A stretch of 64,000 nt of DNA from contig CAVRCJ010000003.1 in the NCBI GenBank assembly GCA_963719515.1, forward strand, positions 352,001-416,000, written 5' to 3'. Positions 20,124 through 31,020 of the stretch are shown here, one piece after another. The position numbers and the translations under genes are program-made. How positions within the stretch are numbered: position 1 is the stretch's first letter; each line of letters starts with the position of its first letter. Source of the DNA: an uncultured cyanobacterium (GTDB lineage Bacteria > Cyanobacteriota > Cyanobacteriia > CAKZMO01). The notes below the pieces were generated by a model. It saw nothing but the letters and a program-made list of their open reading frames with translations, was not told where the DNA came from and ran no database searches.

Positions 20124-20570
20124 GTGGCACATACGTTTCTTATAGAGGATGGTCGCTGGTTTTTGAGCGGCAGCTGGCTCGACCGAGACGGCCCATCGGT
20201 AACGGTAAACGGCAAGCTTTTGGTCGTCTGGAATCGAGATAACTGGTATACCTTAGTCACTAAGCTCAGCTTTCCCAGCGGCGATCGCGATGAGATTTCG
20301 CTCCAGTACCGAGGGCGGTTTATCAGTGATAACCGGCGCTATACCTTCGTCCTTCAGCACAGCCACCTTGGGCGGGTTGAAGGAGAGGGCTGGGTCGCCC
20401 CTGAGTCGATTATTCAGCGCTATTGGGTGCTGGGGGACCGCGATCGCCGCGCTGGGTTCGAGAGCCTCCACCGAATCACCAGCGATCGCTATCACCTATC
20501 GAGCAGCATCATGTCGGGCCACTACCTGACCAGCATGATGGAGGGTACCCTGAGCCGCCGGGCGGGCTAA
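20124..20570 (+). CDS. Conserved hypothetical protein
   Basis: 148-aa ORF with a plausible beta-rich sequence that fills the intergenic space. Confidence 0.7.
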   Translation: MAHTFLIEDGRWFLSGSWLDRDGPSVTVNGKLLVVWNRDNWYTLVTKLSFPSGDRDEISLQYRGRFISDNRRYTFVLQHSHLGRVEGEGWVAPESIIQRYWVLGDRDRRAGFESLHRITSDRYHLSSSIMSGHYLTSMMEGTLSRRAG

Positions 20571-20614
20571 CGCCCTCTCCCAATCCGCTACGAGGCTAAC
20601 TCGACCCAATTGAC

Positions 20615-22027
20615 CTAAGGCCAATCGTTTGTCCCGCTAATCGCTAGGTCTTCCTCAAAGCTAAACAACTTGAGGTGCTCTGGGTTCTCCAGCAGCATTT
20701 TGGACAGAATTAGAGCGGCGATCGTCCAGGTTTGATATTTACGCGAGGCTTTACCCACCAAGCGTCCATTGCGACCGTCGTAATACTCTGGCCACTCGTC
20801 TCGGCTCAGCCGCTTCTCCGCTAGCGCAACGGCGCGCTCCCCAATTTCAGGCCGCCCGAGCTTGACGGAAGCCGCCACCAGCATCCACATGAGCAGCGGC
20901 CAGTTGCCGCCGTTGTGGTAAGACCAGGGCACGTTCTTGGGGTCGCAGCCGGTCAAAATTCGCCATTCGTCTCCCTCTATGGCCGGAAAGCAGATCTTCA
21001 TGGGCATGTAGCCCACTAGGTCGTCCCAGCGCTGCTCGATTAGATCGACAATAGAGCGGGACTCTCGCTCGCTCGCCAATGAGCAAATCACGGCCATCAG
21101 GTTCCCCAAGGCATAGAAGCGGAAGTCAATCTGGGCAGGGCCGAGGTTACCCGCCAAATAGCCGCCCTCTTCCGGCATCCATTCCGTCAGCCAGACGGGG
21201 ATAGAGTCGGGATAAATATTGAACTTGTTGACGGCCTGGGTTCCAAATTCTTCTCCCCGATAGCGGTAGATATCATTCAGCCGCCGCAGGTCTAGCCAGT
21301 AATACTCGCGGATAAAGTGGTTGAGGGTAATCAACCGCTGGCTGATCACCTGCATATAGACCTCGCGCCGCTTGTTGCCCGGAATAAGGAGGTCCTGAGC
21401 GGCCCTCAGCGCCGCGTAGAATAGCGCCTGAATTTCTAGAGGATGGCCTGCGACCCCCATGCGCCGGTCGATCATGAAGGAGGCGTCGGGCACCAGCAGC
21501 GTGGGGTACATATCGAAGCGGTCGGCCAGGCAGAGCTTTAAAATGAGAATAATGCCGTCCTGAAACTCAGGCCGCTCCGCCAGCTCGCGATCGCCTGTGG
21601 CACGGGTGTAGGCCCGCAGCAAAATCAGCCACCAAAAGCTAGAGTCTACCGGCGTGACGCGGCCAATGGCGTGCTCGCCAAAGTCGGCCACCAGGTGCTG
21701 CTGTTCGCCCCAGTGCTCTACCTTAAAGCTAGCGGGCATGAGCCCTTGACCCGCGTTGAAGCGGTCCATCTGCTTGTCGCTGCTCTGCAGCATCAGCGTC
21801 TCTATCAAAAAGTGGCGCACGATGTCCGTTTGGCCGTTCATCAGAAAGACGAGGGCCGACGGCACAAAGTCTCGCACAAAACACTGGTCGTAGTTGAGCG
21901 CTTCCACCTCTGGATCACGAGCCGCAACGGTCCCCACGGCGTTCTCGTTGTAGTAGAGAACGGAGGCTTCCAGAAGCTTCCAGGCTTCCGGCAAAAGGCT
22001 ATTTTTGAGGCGAATCACAGATGTCAT
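20615..22027 (-). CDS. Alkaline/neutral invertase (GH100)
   Basis: [54 protein letters not shown]. Confidence 0.95.
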   Translation of the reverse strand: MTSVIRLKNSLLPEAWKLLEASVLYYNENAVGTVAARDPEVEALNYDQCFVRDFVPSALVFLMNGQTDIVRHFLIETLMLQSSDKQMDRFNAGQGLMPASFKVEHWGEQQHLVADFGEHAIGRVTPVDSSFWWLILLRAYTRATGDRELAERPEFQDGIILILKLCLADRFDMYPTLLVPDASFMIDRRMGVAGHPLEIQALFYAALRAAQDLLIPGNKRREVYMQVISQRLITLNHFIREYYWLDLRRLNDIYRYRGEEFGTQAVNKFNIYPDSIPVWLTEWMPEEGGYLAGNLGPAQIDFRFYALGNLMAVICSLASERESRSIVDLIEQRWDDLVGYMPMKICFPAIEGDEWRILTGCDPKNVPWSYHNGGNWPLLMWMLVAASVKLGRPEIGERAVALAEKRLSRDEWPEYYDGRNGRLVGKASRKYQTWTIAALILSKMLLENPEHLKLFSFEEDLAISGTNDWP

Positions 22028-22749
22028 AGAAACGGACCAAGATTTAAAGGGTAAACAATAGCAAAGTGGACTGCAGAGGGCTAACGACAAGCAGCGATGG
22101 GCTGACGCCTACAGCAATAGGATTAGCCTTTCCCCAAAACTAGAGACTGCTTTGAGATCTGTCTCTGCAGCGCTGTTGTGCAGGTTGGCCGCATAGCTCA
22201 ACTGCACAAATCGAACGTATAGATTTAGAGGCGCAGGCCGGATTCATAACTTGAAAGCTTAGTCGCGGTCTTCGGGCGAGTGGCAGGTGATCAAGTGAAA
22301 CGTTATCAATAGTAAAGAAACGTAGTTGGATTTCAATTTGCAATTAGCCCAAACGAGACGAGAGGCGATCGCCAACTGGAGTCAATAGTAGAAGACGCGC
22401 TAGCGCTAGCGCTATCCCGGGGGAGGCCTGTAAGCGTCTTATCTACTGTTTGAAACCAAACCTGGTCTAGGTTGGAAAGCGGGGCGCTCTCTGCGGGGCT
22501 CCACCTCTCAATAAGGGGTTTACTTACGAGTTTCTATAAGCTGCTTTACCGGTAGTGAATGGTCTTACCGGCGTAACTGATAGTCAAACTGTTGCACTCC
22601 CACCTAAGAAATTCCACTGTTTGACGTCGCCTTTATTGAAAATTTATCGAATTGCCTCGGATTGCGAATTCCTCCCCAACTCAATTTGGTTCTGGGGTTG
22701 GGCCATAGCGGTAGAATAGCTGAGCTTACCCTGAAGGGGCTCGTTTGGT

Positions 22750-23622
22750 GTGGCTATGCTGGTTTGGGAACTAGACTTCTACTCTCGTCCGCTGCTGGAC
22801 GAAAAGGGTAAAAAACGGTGGGAGCTGCTGCTGTGCGAAAGTCCGATGACGGTGACGCGGGATGTCTCATCCCTATATCGCTACTCGGCCTTTTGTAGCA
22901 GCACTGAGGTCAACTCGGTATGGCTCAGACGGACGCTGGAAGCGGCGATCGCCCAAGCCCCTGCCCCCCCCGACCGCATTCGCTTTTTCCGTAGGCAAAT
23001 GACCAACATGATCACCAAAGCCTGCGACGATGCCGGACTATCGGTTTTTCCCAGTCGCCGGACGCTGGCGCTGCACAGCTGGCTACAGGAGCGGCTGGCC
23101 TCCGTCTACCCCACCATGGAAGGTTACAGCCCCGGCGTGTCTTCCTCTGTCAGCTATCCGCCTACTGAGCCCCAGCCGCTTCCCGACGCGCTGCTAGGCG
23201 ATCGCTGGGCGGTGGTGAGCCTAGAGGCCGATGCCTTGAGGGAGATGCCGGATTGGGAGGTTCAGTTTGGAGAAGCTTTCCCGCTGGAGTTTGTGGCCTT
23301 GGCCCCCGATACCCCGGTCCCTGGCCTCATGGTTTTCTCCCCTCGCGCCGACGCTATCGGAGCCTGGATGTCAGGCTTAGAGCTGGCGTTTTTGTCGGTT
23401 GAACCCACGCAGGTGGGAACAGTGGGCTTACTGCTGCATACAGGTGCTGACGACGCCTGGATTTTGGCCAGCCTGGCCTCAGAGTCGGTGCGGCAAGAGG
23501 CTGAGGCGTTTGAGATGATGAAGCAGGCGGCCAAGGGCCTGCACTTCTTAGGAATTCAGACGACTCCGGATTCGCAGGCCTTTGCCGGATTTTGGCTATT
23601 ACAGGAGCGCGATTTAGCGTAA
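22750..23622 (+). CDS. Tab2/Atab2 family RNA-binding protein
   Basis: WELDFYSRPLLDEKGKKRWELL, RFFRRQM, SRRT, GLHFLGIQ. Confidence 0.9.
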   Translation: MAMLVWELDFYSRPLLDEKGKKRWELLLCESPMTVTRDVSSLYRYSAFCSSTEVNSVWLRRTLEAAIAQAPAPPDRIRFFRRQMTNMITKACDDAGLSVFPSRRTLALHSWLQERLASVYPTMEGYSPGVSSSVSYPPTEPQPLPDALLGDRWAVVSLEADALREMPDWEVQFGEAFPLEFVALAPDTPVPGLMVFSPRADAIGAWMSGLELAFLSVEPTQVGTVGLLLHTGADDAWILASLASESVRQEAEAFEMMKQAAKGLHFLGIQTTPDSQAFAGFWLLQERDLA

Positions 23623-23722
23623 GATCGCAAAGCGACTTAGCTTTAGTCTTCCTTGCCGCAGCGACGCCGTTTAGCGAGGCCGCGCTATGGCGTCTTTGGG
23701 TCAAGCTGTTACCTCTCAACCT

Positions 23723-25027
23723 ATGGTGTTCGATAGTCGAAAGCCAGATGTTTTGTCTGAGCAGGTGCTTGAGCTTGCCCGCAGTGCAGGAGCAGAAGCC
23801 GCCGAGGTGTACCAGGCACTCTCGGACACGAATCCTGTCTTTTTTGAAGCCAATCGGCTTAAGCGCATTGAGCGATCTCAAACTGAAGGACTCGCCCTAC
23901 GGCTGTGGCGCAATGGACAGCCCGGTTTGGCGATCGCCCATGGGCCTATTGAGCCCCAAAATTTGGTCGATCGCGCCATTGCGGTTAGCCGGCTCACTCG
24001 TCCTGAAGCCGCCGACTTGGCTTCTCCTAAAGCCTTACGCTACGCCGATGTGGGGCATGGGGTTTCGGCTCAACAGCTGATCGATTGGGGCGAAGCGGCG
24101 ATCGCCCAGGTGCGCGATCGTCATCCCGAGGTGCTGTGCTACGCCGAGTGGAGCTGTGAGGCGGAAACCACGCGACTGCTCAACTCCGAGGGTTTAGACT
24201 ACCGCTACACCGACACCACCCTCAGCAGCTATATGAGCGTTGAGCGCGTTCGCGAGGGCGACTTCCTCAACGTGTCGGACGGCGAAACCCGGCGAGATCA
24301 GCTTTCGACAGAAGACTTAGTCGATCAGATTCTGCAGCGCATTGACTGGGCCCAGGGCACCGTCGATGCGCCTCAAGGCCGGGTTCCCGTCTTGTTTACC
24401 TCAAAGGCGGCAGACCTGCTGTGGGATACCGTGCAGGCGGCGTTGGACGGCAAGCGGGTGATTGAGCGAGCCTCTCCCTGGAGCGACTTACTGGGGGAGC
24501 AGGTGCTCAGCCCTCAGCTCACCCTATCGCAGCAGCCCCAGGTAGGCCCCTTTAGCTGTCCCTTCGATGATGAGGGCATTCCCACTAAAGAGATTATGTT
24601 TGTTGAAGAGGGCATTCTGCAGCTGTTCTACACCGACCGTACCATTGGCGATCGCTTGGGCAGCGGCAGCACGGGCAATGGGTTTCGTCCGCAGCTGGGC
24701 AGCTATCCTACCCCAGGGCTGTTTAACTTTCTTGTAGAGCCCGGTGAGCGATCGCTGCTCGATTTGATCAAGCACCTCGACAACGGCATTGTGGTGGACC
24801 AAATGCTGGGGGGGGATGGCGGCATCTCGGGTGACTTCTCCATCAATGTGGACCTGGGCTACCGCGTGGAGCGTGGACGCATCGTGGGCCGGGTGAAGAA
24901 CACCATGGTCTCCGGCAACGTCTACGCTGCGCTTAAGCAGGTCACTCTAGGCAACGACCCCCAGTGGAATGGCCCTTGCTATACCCCCTCCGTCGCGGTG
25001 CAGGATCTCTCTGTGGTGAGCCGTTAG
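23723..25027 (+). CDS. TldD/PmbA family protein (PmbA-like)
   Basis: FEANRLK, PFDDEG, STGNG, SGDFS, G.VKNTMVSGN. Confidence 0.88.
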   Translation: MVFDSRKPDVLSEQVLELARSAGAEAAEVYQALSDTNPVFFEANRLKRIERSQTEGLALRLWRNGQPGLAIAHGPIEPQNLVDRAIAVSRLTRPEAADLASPKALRYADVGHGVSAQQLIDWGEAAIAQVRDRHPEVLCYAEWSCEAETTRLLNSEGLDYRYTDTTLSSYMSVERVREGDFLNVSDGETRRDQLSTEDLVDQILQRIDWAQGTVDAPQGRVPVLFTSKAADLLWDTVQAALDGKRVIERASPWSDLLGEQVLSPQLTLSQQPQVGPFSCPFDDEGIPTKEIMFVEEGILQLFYTDRTIGDRLGSGSTGNGFRPQLGSYPTPGLFNFLVEPGERSLLDLIKHLDNGIVVDQMLGGDGGISGDFSINVDLGYRVERGRIVGRVKNTMVSGNVYAALKQVTLGNDPQWNGPCYTPSVAVQDLSVVSR

Positions 25028-26280
25028 TCAAACCAGCCAATATCCGCGTCGGAGATCTTCGGCGGGGGAAGCTTGGGCTGAGCTTTTTGGGTCTCGGCGT
25101 CAGCGGAGGCCGCATCACCAGAACCCGCATTGCTGGACGCCAGCGTGCTGCGCTTCACCCGCTGCAGCCCAGAAGTTTTCTTTGGGGTTCCCTCAGGGCG
25201 CTGGAGAGGGGCGACCCCAGGAGGCGGGGTCAGTGTTGTTTGCCCTGAGGGCATCTGCTCTGTTGACATGGGGGGTAGGGACGGCGAAGCAGCCGATGGA
25301 CTGGGGCGACGTGAGGCGGGGGCTGCCGAGATGGGAAAAGGTCGGGAAGCAGGGCGAGCTGCAGGTCTCCCTTTAGAAGGCACGACCGGCGGGGCTGCCG
25401 GCGCTGCAGACCGCATCTCTGAGCGCTGGGACGGCGCTTGATTAGAGGAGCCCTGGGTTAAGTTGCGGATATAGTCCTTGGCTTCGGCAAGCTCTCGCTG
25501 CAGGGTGGCTATTTTCTCGACCGATGCGCGAAGCTGGGCGATATGCTGCCGCTGCTCTTCGATGGTGGCCTGCTGCTCTTTTGCCTTGGTTTGCAGCGCC
25601 TGTTCTCGCTGTTGGGATTGAGCGAGCTGCCTCTCTAGGGCTGCGATCGCGGCGCTATCCGCCTCTGCGCCGTTCACCGTTGGCGGGTCTACGCTAGGCG
25701 GCGTCGCTTCAGGAGCGGCAGTGTCAGCAGGAGCAGGAGAAGGGATCTCAGCAGCGGCGACATCGTCATCGCCCTCTTGGTCCATAACGACGTCCATAAC
25801 GACGGTGGCAACAACGGCTCTAGCTGCGTCTGCTGCAGTCGTATCGTCTGGAGCCGCTACCCGTACTTCAGCCGCTGCTTTTATAGGGACGTCTGTGTTA
25901 TCCGCTTTGGCCACGGCACCTGATGCGTCCTCCGCTTTAGAAAAGTCAGCGCCAGCGGGCTCGTCACTAGGGCGATCGCCCTTCGGGAGTTTAGCGTCAC
26001 TTTTATCAGTGCCCTCAGCCGCTTTAGCACCGTCAGGAGCAACAGGCTCGACAGCAGCAGGCTCGACGACAGGTTGGGGCTCTGGGCTCTTCAGGTCGGC
26101 CTCAGCGCCCGTCCCTTCAACCTCAGCATCAACAGGCTGTACGTCTTCTACCGCTGCCTCATCTTCATCGACGGCGGCAGACTTTAGGTCTATTGGATCA
26201 GCCGTTAACGCATCGACAACCTCAGCTTCAATGGGCAGCGGCTCGACCCGCTGACTCCTTGCTTTACTCTTTGCCATCAT
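25024..26280 (-). CDS. Hypothetical protein: acidic/Ala-rich disordered region, coiled coil, Pro-rich tail ending DIGWFD
   Basis: Long ORF with low-complexity composition and a heptad-like segment. Confidence 0.7.
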   Translation of the reverse strand: MMAKSKARSQRVEPLPIEAEVVDALTADPIDLKSAAVDEDEAAVEDVQPVDAEVEGTGAEADLKSPEPQPVVEPAAVEPVAPDGAKAAEGTDKSDAKLPKGDRPSDEPAGADFSKAEDASGAVAKADNTDVPIKAAAEVRVAAPDDTTAADAARAVVATVVMDVVMDQEGDDDVAAAEIPSPAPADTAAPEATPPSVDPPTVNGAEADSAAIAALERQLAQSQQREQALQTKAKEQQATIEEQRQHIAQLRASVEKIATLQRELAEAKDYIRNLTQGSSNQAPSQRSEMRSAAPAAPPVVPSKGRPAARPASRPFPISAAPASRRPSPSAASPSLPPMSTEQMPSGQTTLTPPPGVAPLQRPEGTPKKTSGLQRVKRSTLASSNAGSGDAASADAETQKAQPKLPPPKISDADIGWFD

Positions 26281-26462
26281 TGCCTCCTTGACGTAATCCA
26301 AAGGAGCATTGGATTAGATATTTCTGTAACCCGTCAGCCGCGATGACAATCATCAGCACAAATCCCGCTGCAGGTGACTAGAGCGATCGCTCCTAAATCC
26401 ATTCTAGGGTGATGGTCGCCATAATTAGGACTACACTAAGAATTGAGCGTTACCGAACTCCC

Positions 26463-27242
26463 ATGGCACAAGAATCTATTACGTTACTCTCTGGCCGAGA
26501 AATTGAGCAAATGCGAAAAGCGGGGCAGATGGCTGCTGAGCTTTTGGCTTACCTGGAGCCGCTGGTAAAGCCCGGTACGACGACGCTAGAGATCAACGAC
26601 GCCGCCGAGGAGTGGACCCAAAAGCGAGGGGCGAAGAGCGCACCGCTGGGGTACCACGGTTTCCCCAAGTCTCTCTGCACCAGCGTCAACGAGGTTGTCT
26701 GCCACGGCATTCCCAACGCTAAGCAAGTCTTGAAAGATGGAGACATCATCAATATAGATGTGACGCCTATTCTAGACGGCTTCCACGGCGATACTTCCCG
26801 CACCTACTTTGTCGGCACTCCGTCTCCTGTTGCTAAGCGATTGGTAGAGGTCACGGAGGAATGCTTGATGCGGGGCATCGCTCAGGTGAGGCCGGGAGCC
26901 CGCATCGGCGACATTGGCGCTGCTATTCAAGAGTATGCCGAGGCTGAGGGCTTTTCGGTGGTTCGAGATTTTGTCGGCCACGGCGTGGGCCGTATATTCC
27001 ACACCGCTCCTCAGGTGCCTCACTACGGCAAGGCCGGTAAGGGCCGAAAGCTGCGGCGCGGAATGGTGTTTACCATTGAGCCAATGCTCAACGAGGGAGC
27101 CCATGACGTCGAGGTCTTGGACGATGGCTGGACCGCTATCACCAAAGACCACAAGCTCTCAGCCCAGTTTGAGCACACCCTTGTGGTCTCAGAGGACGGC
27201 GCGGATATTCTGACGCTGCTGCCTGAGCGCGTTGTGGCGTGA
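26463..27242 (+). CDS. map: Methionine aminopeptidase type I
   Basis: SVNEVVCHGIP, DGFHGDTSRT, GHGVG, FTIEPM, SAQFEHT. Confidence 0.97.
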   Translation: MAQESITLLSGREIEQMRKAGQMAAELLAYLEPLVKPGTTTLEINDAAEEWTQKRGAKSAPLGYHGFPKSLCTSVNEVVCHGIPNAKQVLKDGDIINIDVTPILDGFHGDTSRTYFVGTPSPVAKRLVEVTEECLMRGIAQVRPGARIGDIGAAIQEYAEAEGFSVVRDFVGHGVGRIFHTAPQVPHYGKAGKGRKLRRGMVFTIEPMLNEGAHDVEVLDDGWTAITKDHKLSAQFEHTLVVSEDGADILTLLPERVVA

Positions 27243-27272
27243 ACGAGGAGCCTGCTTAAAAGCAGATTGCAC

Positions 27273-28433
27273 CTAAAACCGGTCGGGCATCCAGGGGGAA
27301 GGGCCGGCAAATAGGGCCGCTGCGATCGCCACTGCCTCGTCCGGTCCCGCCAACCAGCCCATCTGCCGCATTTGGTAGGGGGAAAGTAGCCCCGAGTAAA
27401 GTGACGCCAGAGCGCTAGCTGACAGTGACAGCGCCCCCACACTACCCGAGGTTACCTGCCCGCGTCCCTCGCTGACTGACAGCGTCCAGCAGCCCTGGTT
27501 AACGGGCAGCGCCGAGTCCGCAACCTCAAGGCTGAGTTCTGCCGTCACGCCTGTAGGGTAACCCCTCGCCGCTAGGGCCAGGGGAACGTCGACCAGCCGC
27601 AACATCCAATAGCTTAGGTTCTGGAGGTTTGCCGTTTGGTCCGGCAGCAGCAGGGCCATGGGGTCAGCTGCACCACCTCGCCACTGCACGACATTAAACT
27701 GGGAGCTGTGCTGGGCTATGAAAGCCCACAGAGTATGGCCTGCAGCAGGGGTTGCGATCGCCCAATCAACGACGCTGAGGGTAGATTGGGCCTTGAAGCT
27801 GAGGTCATACAAGATGTAGCCCTCAGGGGCATCGCGGCCCATAAGGTAACCGTAAAGGGGACGATCTTCAGACCCCAGGATTTGGGCCCAGAGTCCCGCA
27901 TGGCGATCGAGGTGTCCAGAATGGTGGCATGCATAGCGCTGCTGAATCGGCTGCAGTACCTCACTATCGAACGCCGCTGGCTGCACCGGAAGCGGCATTT
28001 TGCTTACCCCAATTTGATGCGCCGAAACCTGCCAGTCACAGGAGGTTCCGCCCGCGCCATATCCCATTTGCCGATACAGCGGGTCAGCGGCGGAGTAGAG
28101 GGCCGACAGCGGTATCTTTGCGTCGTGCAGCTCGCGCAGCATCCCTTGAAGCAGCGCCCTCGCGTTGCCCTGTCGCCGCGCCTCGGGCAAGATGCTCACC
28201 GCAGCAATGCCCGCCATGGGAATTTTTTGACCGAGCCACCACTGGGCGCTGGGCAACACAACCAGCTGGCCAACGGGATGCGAGTCGCGCTCCACAATGC
28301 GGAATCTTTCGAGGCCGGTCTGCTTTATAGCGCGATCGACGTCGGCTGCTGAGCAGGCAAACCCCTGCTGCTCGGCGCGTCTGATAAAGTCTATGTCTTG
28401 AGCCGTTGCAATTCGGTAATTGTGCGATGTCAC
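27273..28433 (-). CDS. Eis-like GNAT acetyltransferase with SCP2-like C-terminus
   Basis: MAGIAAVSILPEARRQG, SALY, LYRQMGY, MLRLVDVPLALAARGY. Confidence 0.85.
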   Translation of the reverse strand: MTSHNYRIATAQDIDFIRRAEQQGFACSAADVDRAIKQTGLERFRIVERDSHPVGQLVVLPSAQWWLGQKIPMAGIAAVSILPEARRQGNARALLQGMLRELHDAKIPLSALYSAADPLYRQMGYGAGGTSCDWQVSAHQIGVSKMPLPVQPAAFDSEVLQPIQQRYACHHSGHLDRHAGLWAQILGSEDRPLYGYLMGRDAPEGYILYDLSFKAQSTLSVVDWAIATPAAGHTLWAFIAQHSSQFNVVQWRGGAADPMALLLPDQTANLQNLSYWMLRLVDVPLALAARGYPTGVTAELSLEVADSALPVNQGCWTLSVSEGRGQVTSGSVGALSLSASALASLYSGLLSPYQMRQMGWLAGPDEAVAIAAALFAGPSPWMPDRF

Positions 28434-28595
28434 GCTGTCAGCCCTCGTCTAAGCTGAGACATGGCCATTGGGCACGCTGCCACGAAGCTGCTCGCCTCAA
28501 CTATAGCAGTCAGGGGCAAAAGCAGTTGGGCAGCACAAACAGAGAGGACTGTCTATAAGCTCTCTCTGCATAGCAATATTTGGGTGAAACAGACC

Positions 28596-28775
28596 TTAGT
28601 CGTCGTCGTCCTCGTCTTCCTCGCCTGCCGGATAGACAAAGCTCCGGGAGCGACCGGTGAGCACGGATTTACCGAGAGACAGAGCCTTCTGGGCTTCTAG
28701 CGCAGCCTGGCGCTTCCAGGTAGCCCGGCGCATGCTGCGCTTCGATTTAGATGTTTTCTTCTTGGGGACAGCCAT
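28596..28775 (-). CDS. rpmF: 50S ribosomal protein L32
   Basis: [21 protein letters not shown]. Confidence 0.97.
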   Translation of the reverse strand: MAVPKKKTSKSKRSMRRATWKRQAALEAQKALSLGKSVLTGRSRSFVYPAGEEDEDDDD

Positions 28776-28844
28776 GACCGAACCGTGATTCCACAACCTT
28801 TCAAATATAGGCTAAAGCTGCGGTAAGAGCAAGCCCAGAAGTCT

Positions 28845-29108
28845 CAAAGAGCAATGACAGGATGTTGGGGGTTAGCTAGCAGGGCAGCTAGATGTCTCTG
28901 GCCATAGCCGAAGTCGTACTTCAGGTTGTCAGCCCTTAGTCTTCAGGGTGCTGTTGTTCTCGTTCTCTACCCTCCAGCGAGTACGTCCGGCACGAACGAT
29001 GTCAGCTACCGTCTCATCTATGATGCGGAAATTGGTGGCAAAGGCATTCTTGTAGGTTACTTAGCCATCAGGGCAAGTTATCGTCACCTCGTACCAGTTG
29101 GCCAGTAG
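28845..29108 (-). pseudogene. Transposase fragment (ISNCY-like DDE)
   Basis: Manual translation LLANWYEV..DG*VTYKNAFATN..IVRAGRTRWRVENENNSTLKTKG/NLKYDFGYGQRHLAALL resembles the RWKIENENNNxLKxxGYxLEHNFGHG transposase motif; contains a stop and a frameshift. Confidence 0.7.
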
Positions 29109-29126
29109 CGTATTTCTCCCCGGGAT

Positions 29127-29165
29127 AGATCCCCCCTGCTTCACATAAGGGGGCTGGGGGGATCT
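29127..29165. repeat. C/G-tract inverted repeat of the common cyanobacterial dispersed type
   Basis: AGATCCCCCC...GGGGGGATCT. Confidence 0.45.
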
Positions 29166-29269
29166 CCGATATACACCTAGCAGCCAGAGTTTTTTTACGT
29201 CAGTTCTACCCTTGCCGTGTCGCGGCTGACCCTTCGCGCCTGAGCCATGTCACGGCAAGAATGGTCAGC

Positions 29270-29600
29270 TTACACCGGGGGGGCAATCCGCTTAGTGAGG
29301 ATACGCATAACGTCGCCGGGGTCTGCGGTGCGGAGAACCTCGGTGCTGTGGATGATGGGTAGGGGGATGGACCAGTCATTGATTTCCGCGTAGTCTAGCT
29401 TGTGGGGCCGCTTGCGACAGTGGTCTACGGCGTAGGGATGGCCGAGGGCAATGAGCCGTAGGCGAGTCGGTGCGGCCCTGGAGGCCGTTGATGATGTAGA
29501 TCATGTTCCTGTGGTTTGGAGGAAAGACGCCCAGGACTAGCCATCCATACGATGAAGAACGGGATGGCTACCACAGGATAAAATCGGCGGTAGCCATTGC
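29270..29600 (-). pseudogene. Frameshifted small cyanobacterial hypothetical protein
   Basis: Manual translation RLRLIALGHPYAVDHCRKRPHKLDYAEINDWS...PGDVMRILTKR resembles a recurring cyanobacterial family (xGYAExxDWS). Confidence 0.5.
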
Positions 29601-30189
29601 GTTGCTCGTACCAACGTAATGGTGATGCTCCCTGGTCGGTGTTGGCTCACTGCCAGGGGGCGCGCTAAAGTATTGGGCGTCTGATTGATGGGCACGGGTT
29701 AGGTGCCCATGGGTAGAAACTGTAGCGGCTGTTGGGGGCGCTGACAAGTGTACTAAGGAAATTTTTTGGTGGGGGCGATCGCGTTGCTAGCGCTTTCGGA
29801 CTGCTGAGTAGCAAGGAGGGGTTTTGCGATCTTTGCTGTAGGTATGTGGGCGATCGCTGCTGGAGTGCGATCGCTGGGTGAGTGTTATTTAGCGACTGAT
29901 GATTGGGGCTTTGCTCTTTAGCGAGAGCCATCTGCGCTCACTAAGCTTTGATTGTCAGAACTGCATAACTTAGTAGGCCGAATACCGAGATTTTCTGCGT
30001 CCCTGACTGAAATAGCTTCTATCCCCTATCATTTCTGGCTTGCAGCGATTTCCGAACCCGTTAATTTCTCACCAATAGTTAGTGAGATTATAGAGAAGAA
30101 GTCTCGGAGGGCACACAGCACAGCGCTTCACCACAGCTTTCATAAGTCACGTTCAACCCCTAAGAGATTGAACCTCAAGCTTCATCCTC

Positions 30190-30322
30190 CGAGTTCAGTA
30201 CTAATGCTTCCGAGAAAGTAAGGCGATCGCCGAGTTCAAAGCACCAATTGTCAAGCTCAGAGCCTCACCATTCGAGTTCAGAACCCCAACCGTTAAGCTC
30301 AAACCCTCAACCGCCGAGCTCA
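30190..30322. repeat. Degenerate 21-nt periodic repeat (heptad-encoding)
   Basis: GAGTTCA/AAGCTCA/GAGCTCA at about 30190, 30232, 30253, 30274, 30295 and 30316; the minus ORF 30201-30383 reads ERLSSAV EGLSLTV GVLNSNG EALSLTI GALNSAI. Confidence 0.6.
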
Positions 30323-30409
30323 GACGCTCGTCAAAAAACGACAGGCCCGAGATGTTCATAAACAGGCTCCATAGGGTATTCAACCTATATCGCTTTATTC
30401 AAAAGCTTA

Positions 30410-30754
30410 ATGATTTACATTATCCGCAGCCGCGCCGCTCCCGAGCAAATGCGCCAGATGCTAGAGATATTGGGAATATACATTAAGCTGGCTGTAGATC
30501 TCGAACGCGAAATCTTTGCTGGAGGCGGAGAGCTACACGCCGACTGTGAACTGATTCTGTTGAAAGATGGTAGTCAGCAAGCCGACATTTGGGGAGCCGA
30601 CTGGTATCCACTCAAACAAGCCGTCGGATACGAATCAATCATCAACATCCGCCCCAAAGCCAACAACCGCTCAATGGAAATCCAAGACCCTGCCCTCCGA
30701 GAAAACATTGACCCAATCGTACAATCGCTCTTAGGTGGTGTTCAATGGCAATAA
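30410..30754 (+). CDS. DUF5674-like protein
   Basis: YIKLAVD..GGGELHADCE..GSQQADIWGA..ESIINIRP..NRSMEIQD. Confidence 0.75.
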   Translation: MIYIIRSRAAPEQMRQMLEILGIYIKLAVDLEREIFAGGGELHADCELILLKDGSQQADIWGADWYPLKQAVGYESIINIRPKANNRSMEIQDPALRENIDPIVQSLLGGVQWQ

Positions 30755-31020
30755 ACTGGGACATCCTCAAAAGACAATACCTGCAAGCCGACCGAGCAAC
30801 CCAGCTTGACAGCCTTGCGCTGAACCTTACACGCATCCAACTGCTGACCCACAGCGGCACAGACGAGCCCGTCGCCCAGCATCTCATCAGAGAAAGCCAG
30901 TTCTTTATCGAATGGGCTGTCTCCAACATGGACCTGACAACAAATATGACCTTTGCCGCTGAACTAGTCGATCTACAGCGGTTACTCAGTCAGTGGAAAG
31001 TGACATCCTCCCGACGCTGA
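30745..31020 (+). pseudogene. Small helical hypothetical protein overlapping the DUF5674 gene, truncated by an IS-derived insertion at 31000
   Basis: Start overlaps the upstream gene; the last six codons come from the inserted element. Confidence 0.6.

Noticed and set aside
22100..22745. Long invertase/Tab2 intergenic region as an ncRNA locus
   Set aside because: No recognisable RNA family or convincing structure beyond a short GCGCTAGCGCTAGCGC run.
30190..30322. Periodic repeat as a CRISPR array
   Set aside because: 21-nt period with only ~7 conserved nt, no spacer-length unique segments and no cas genes.
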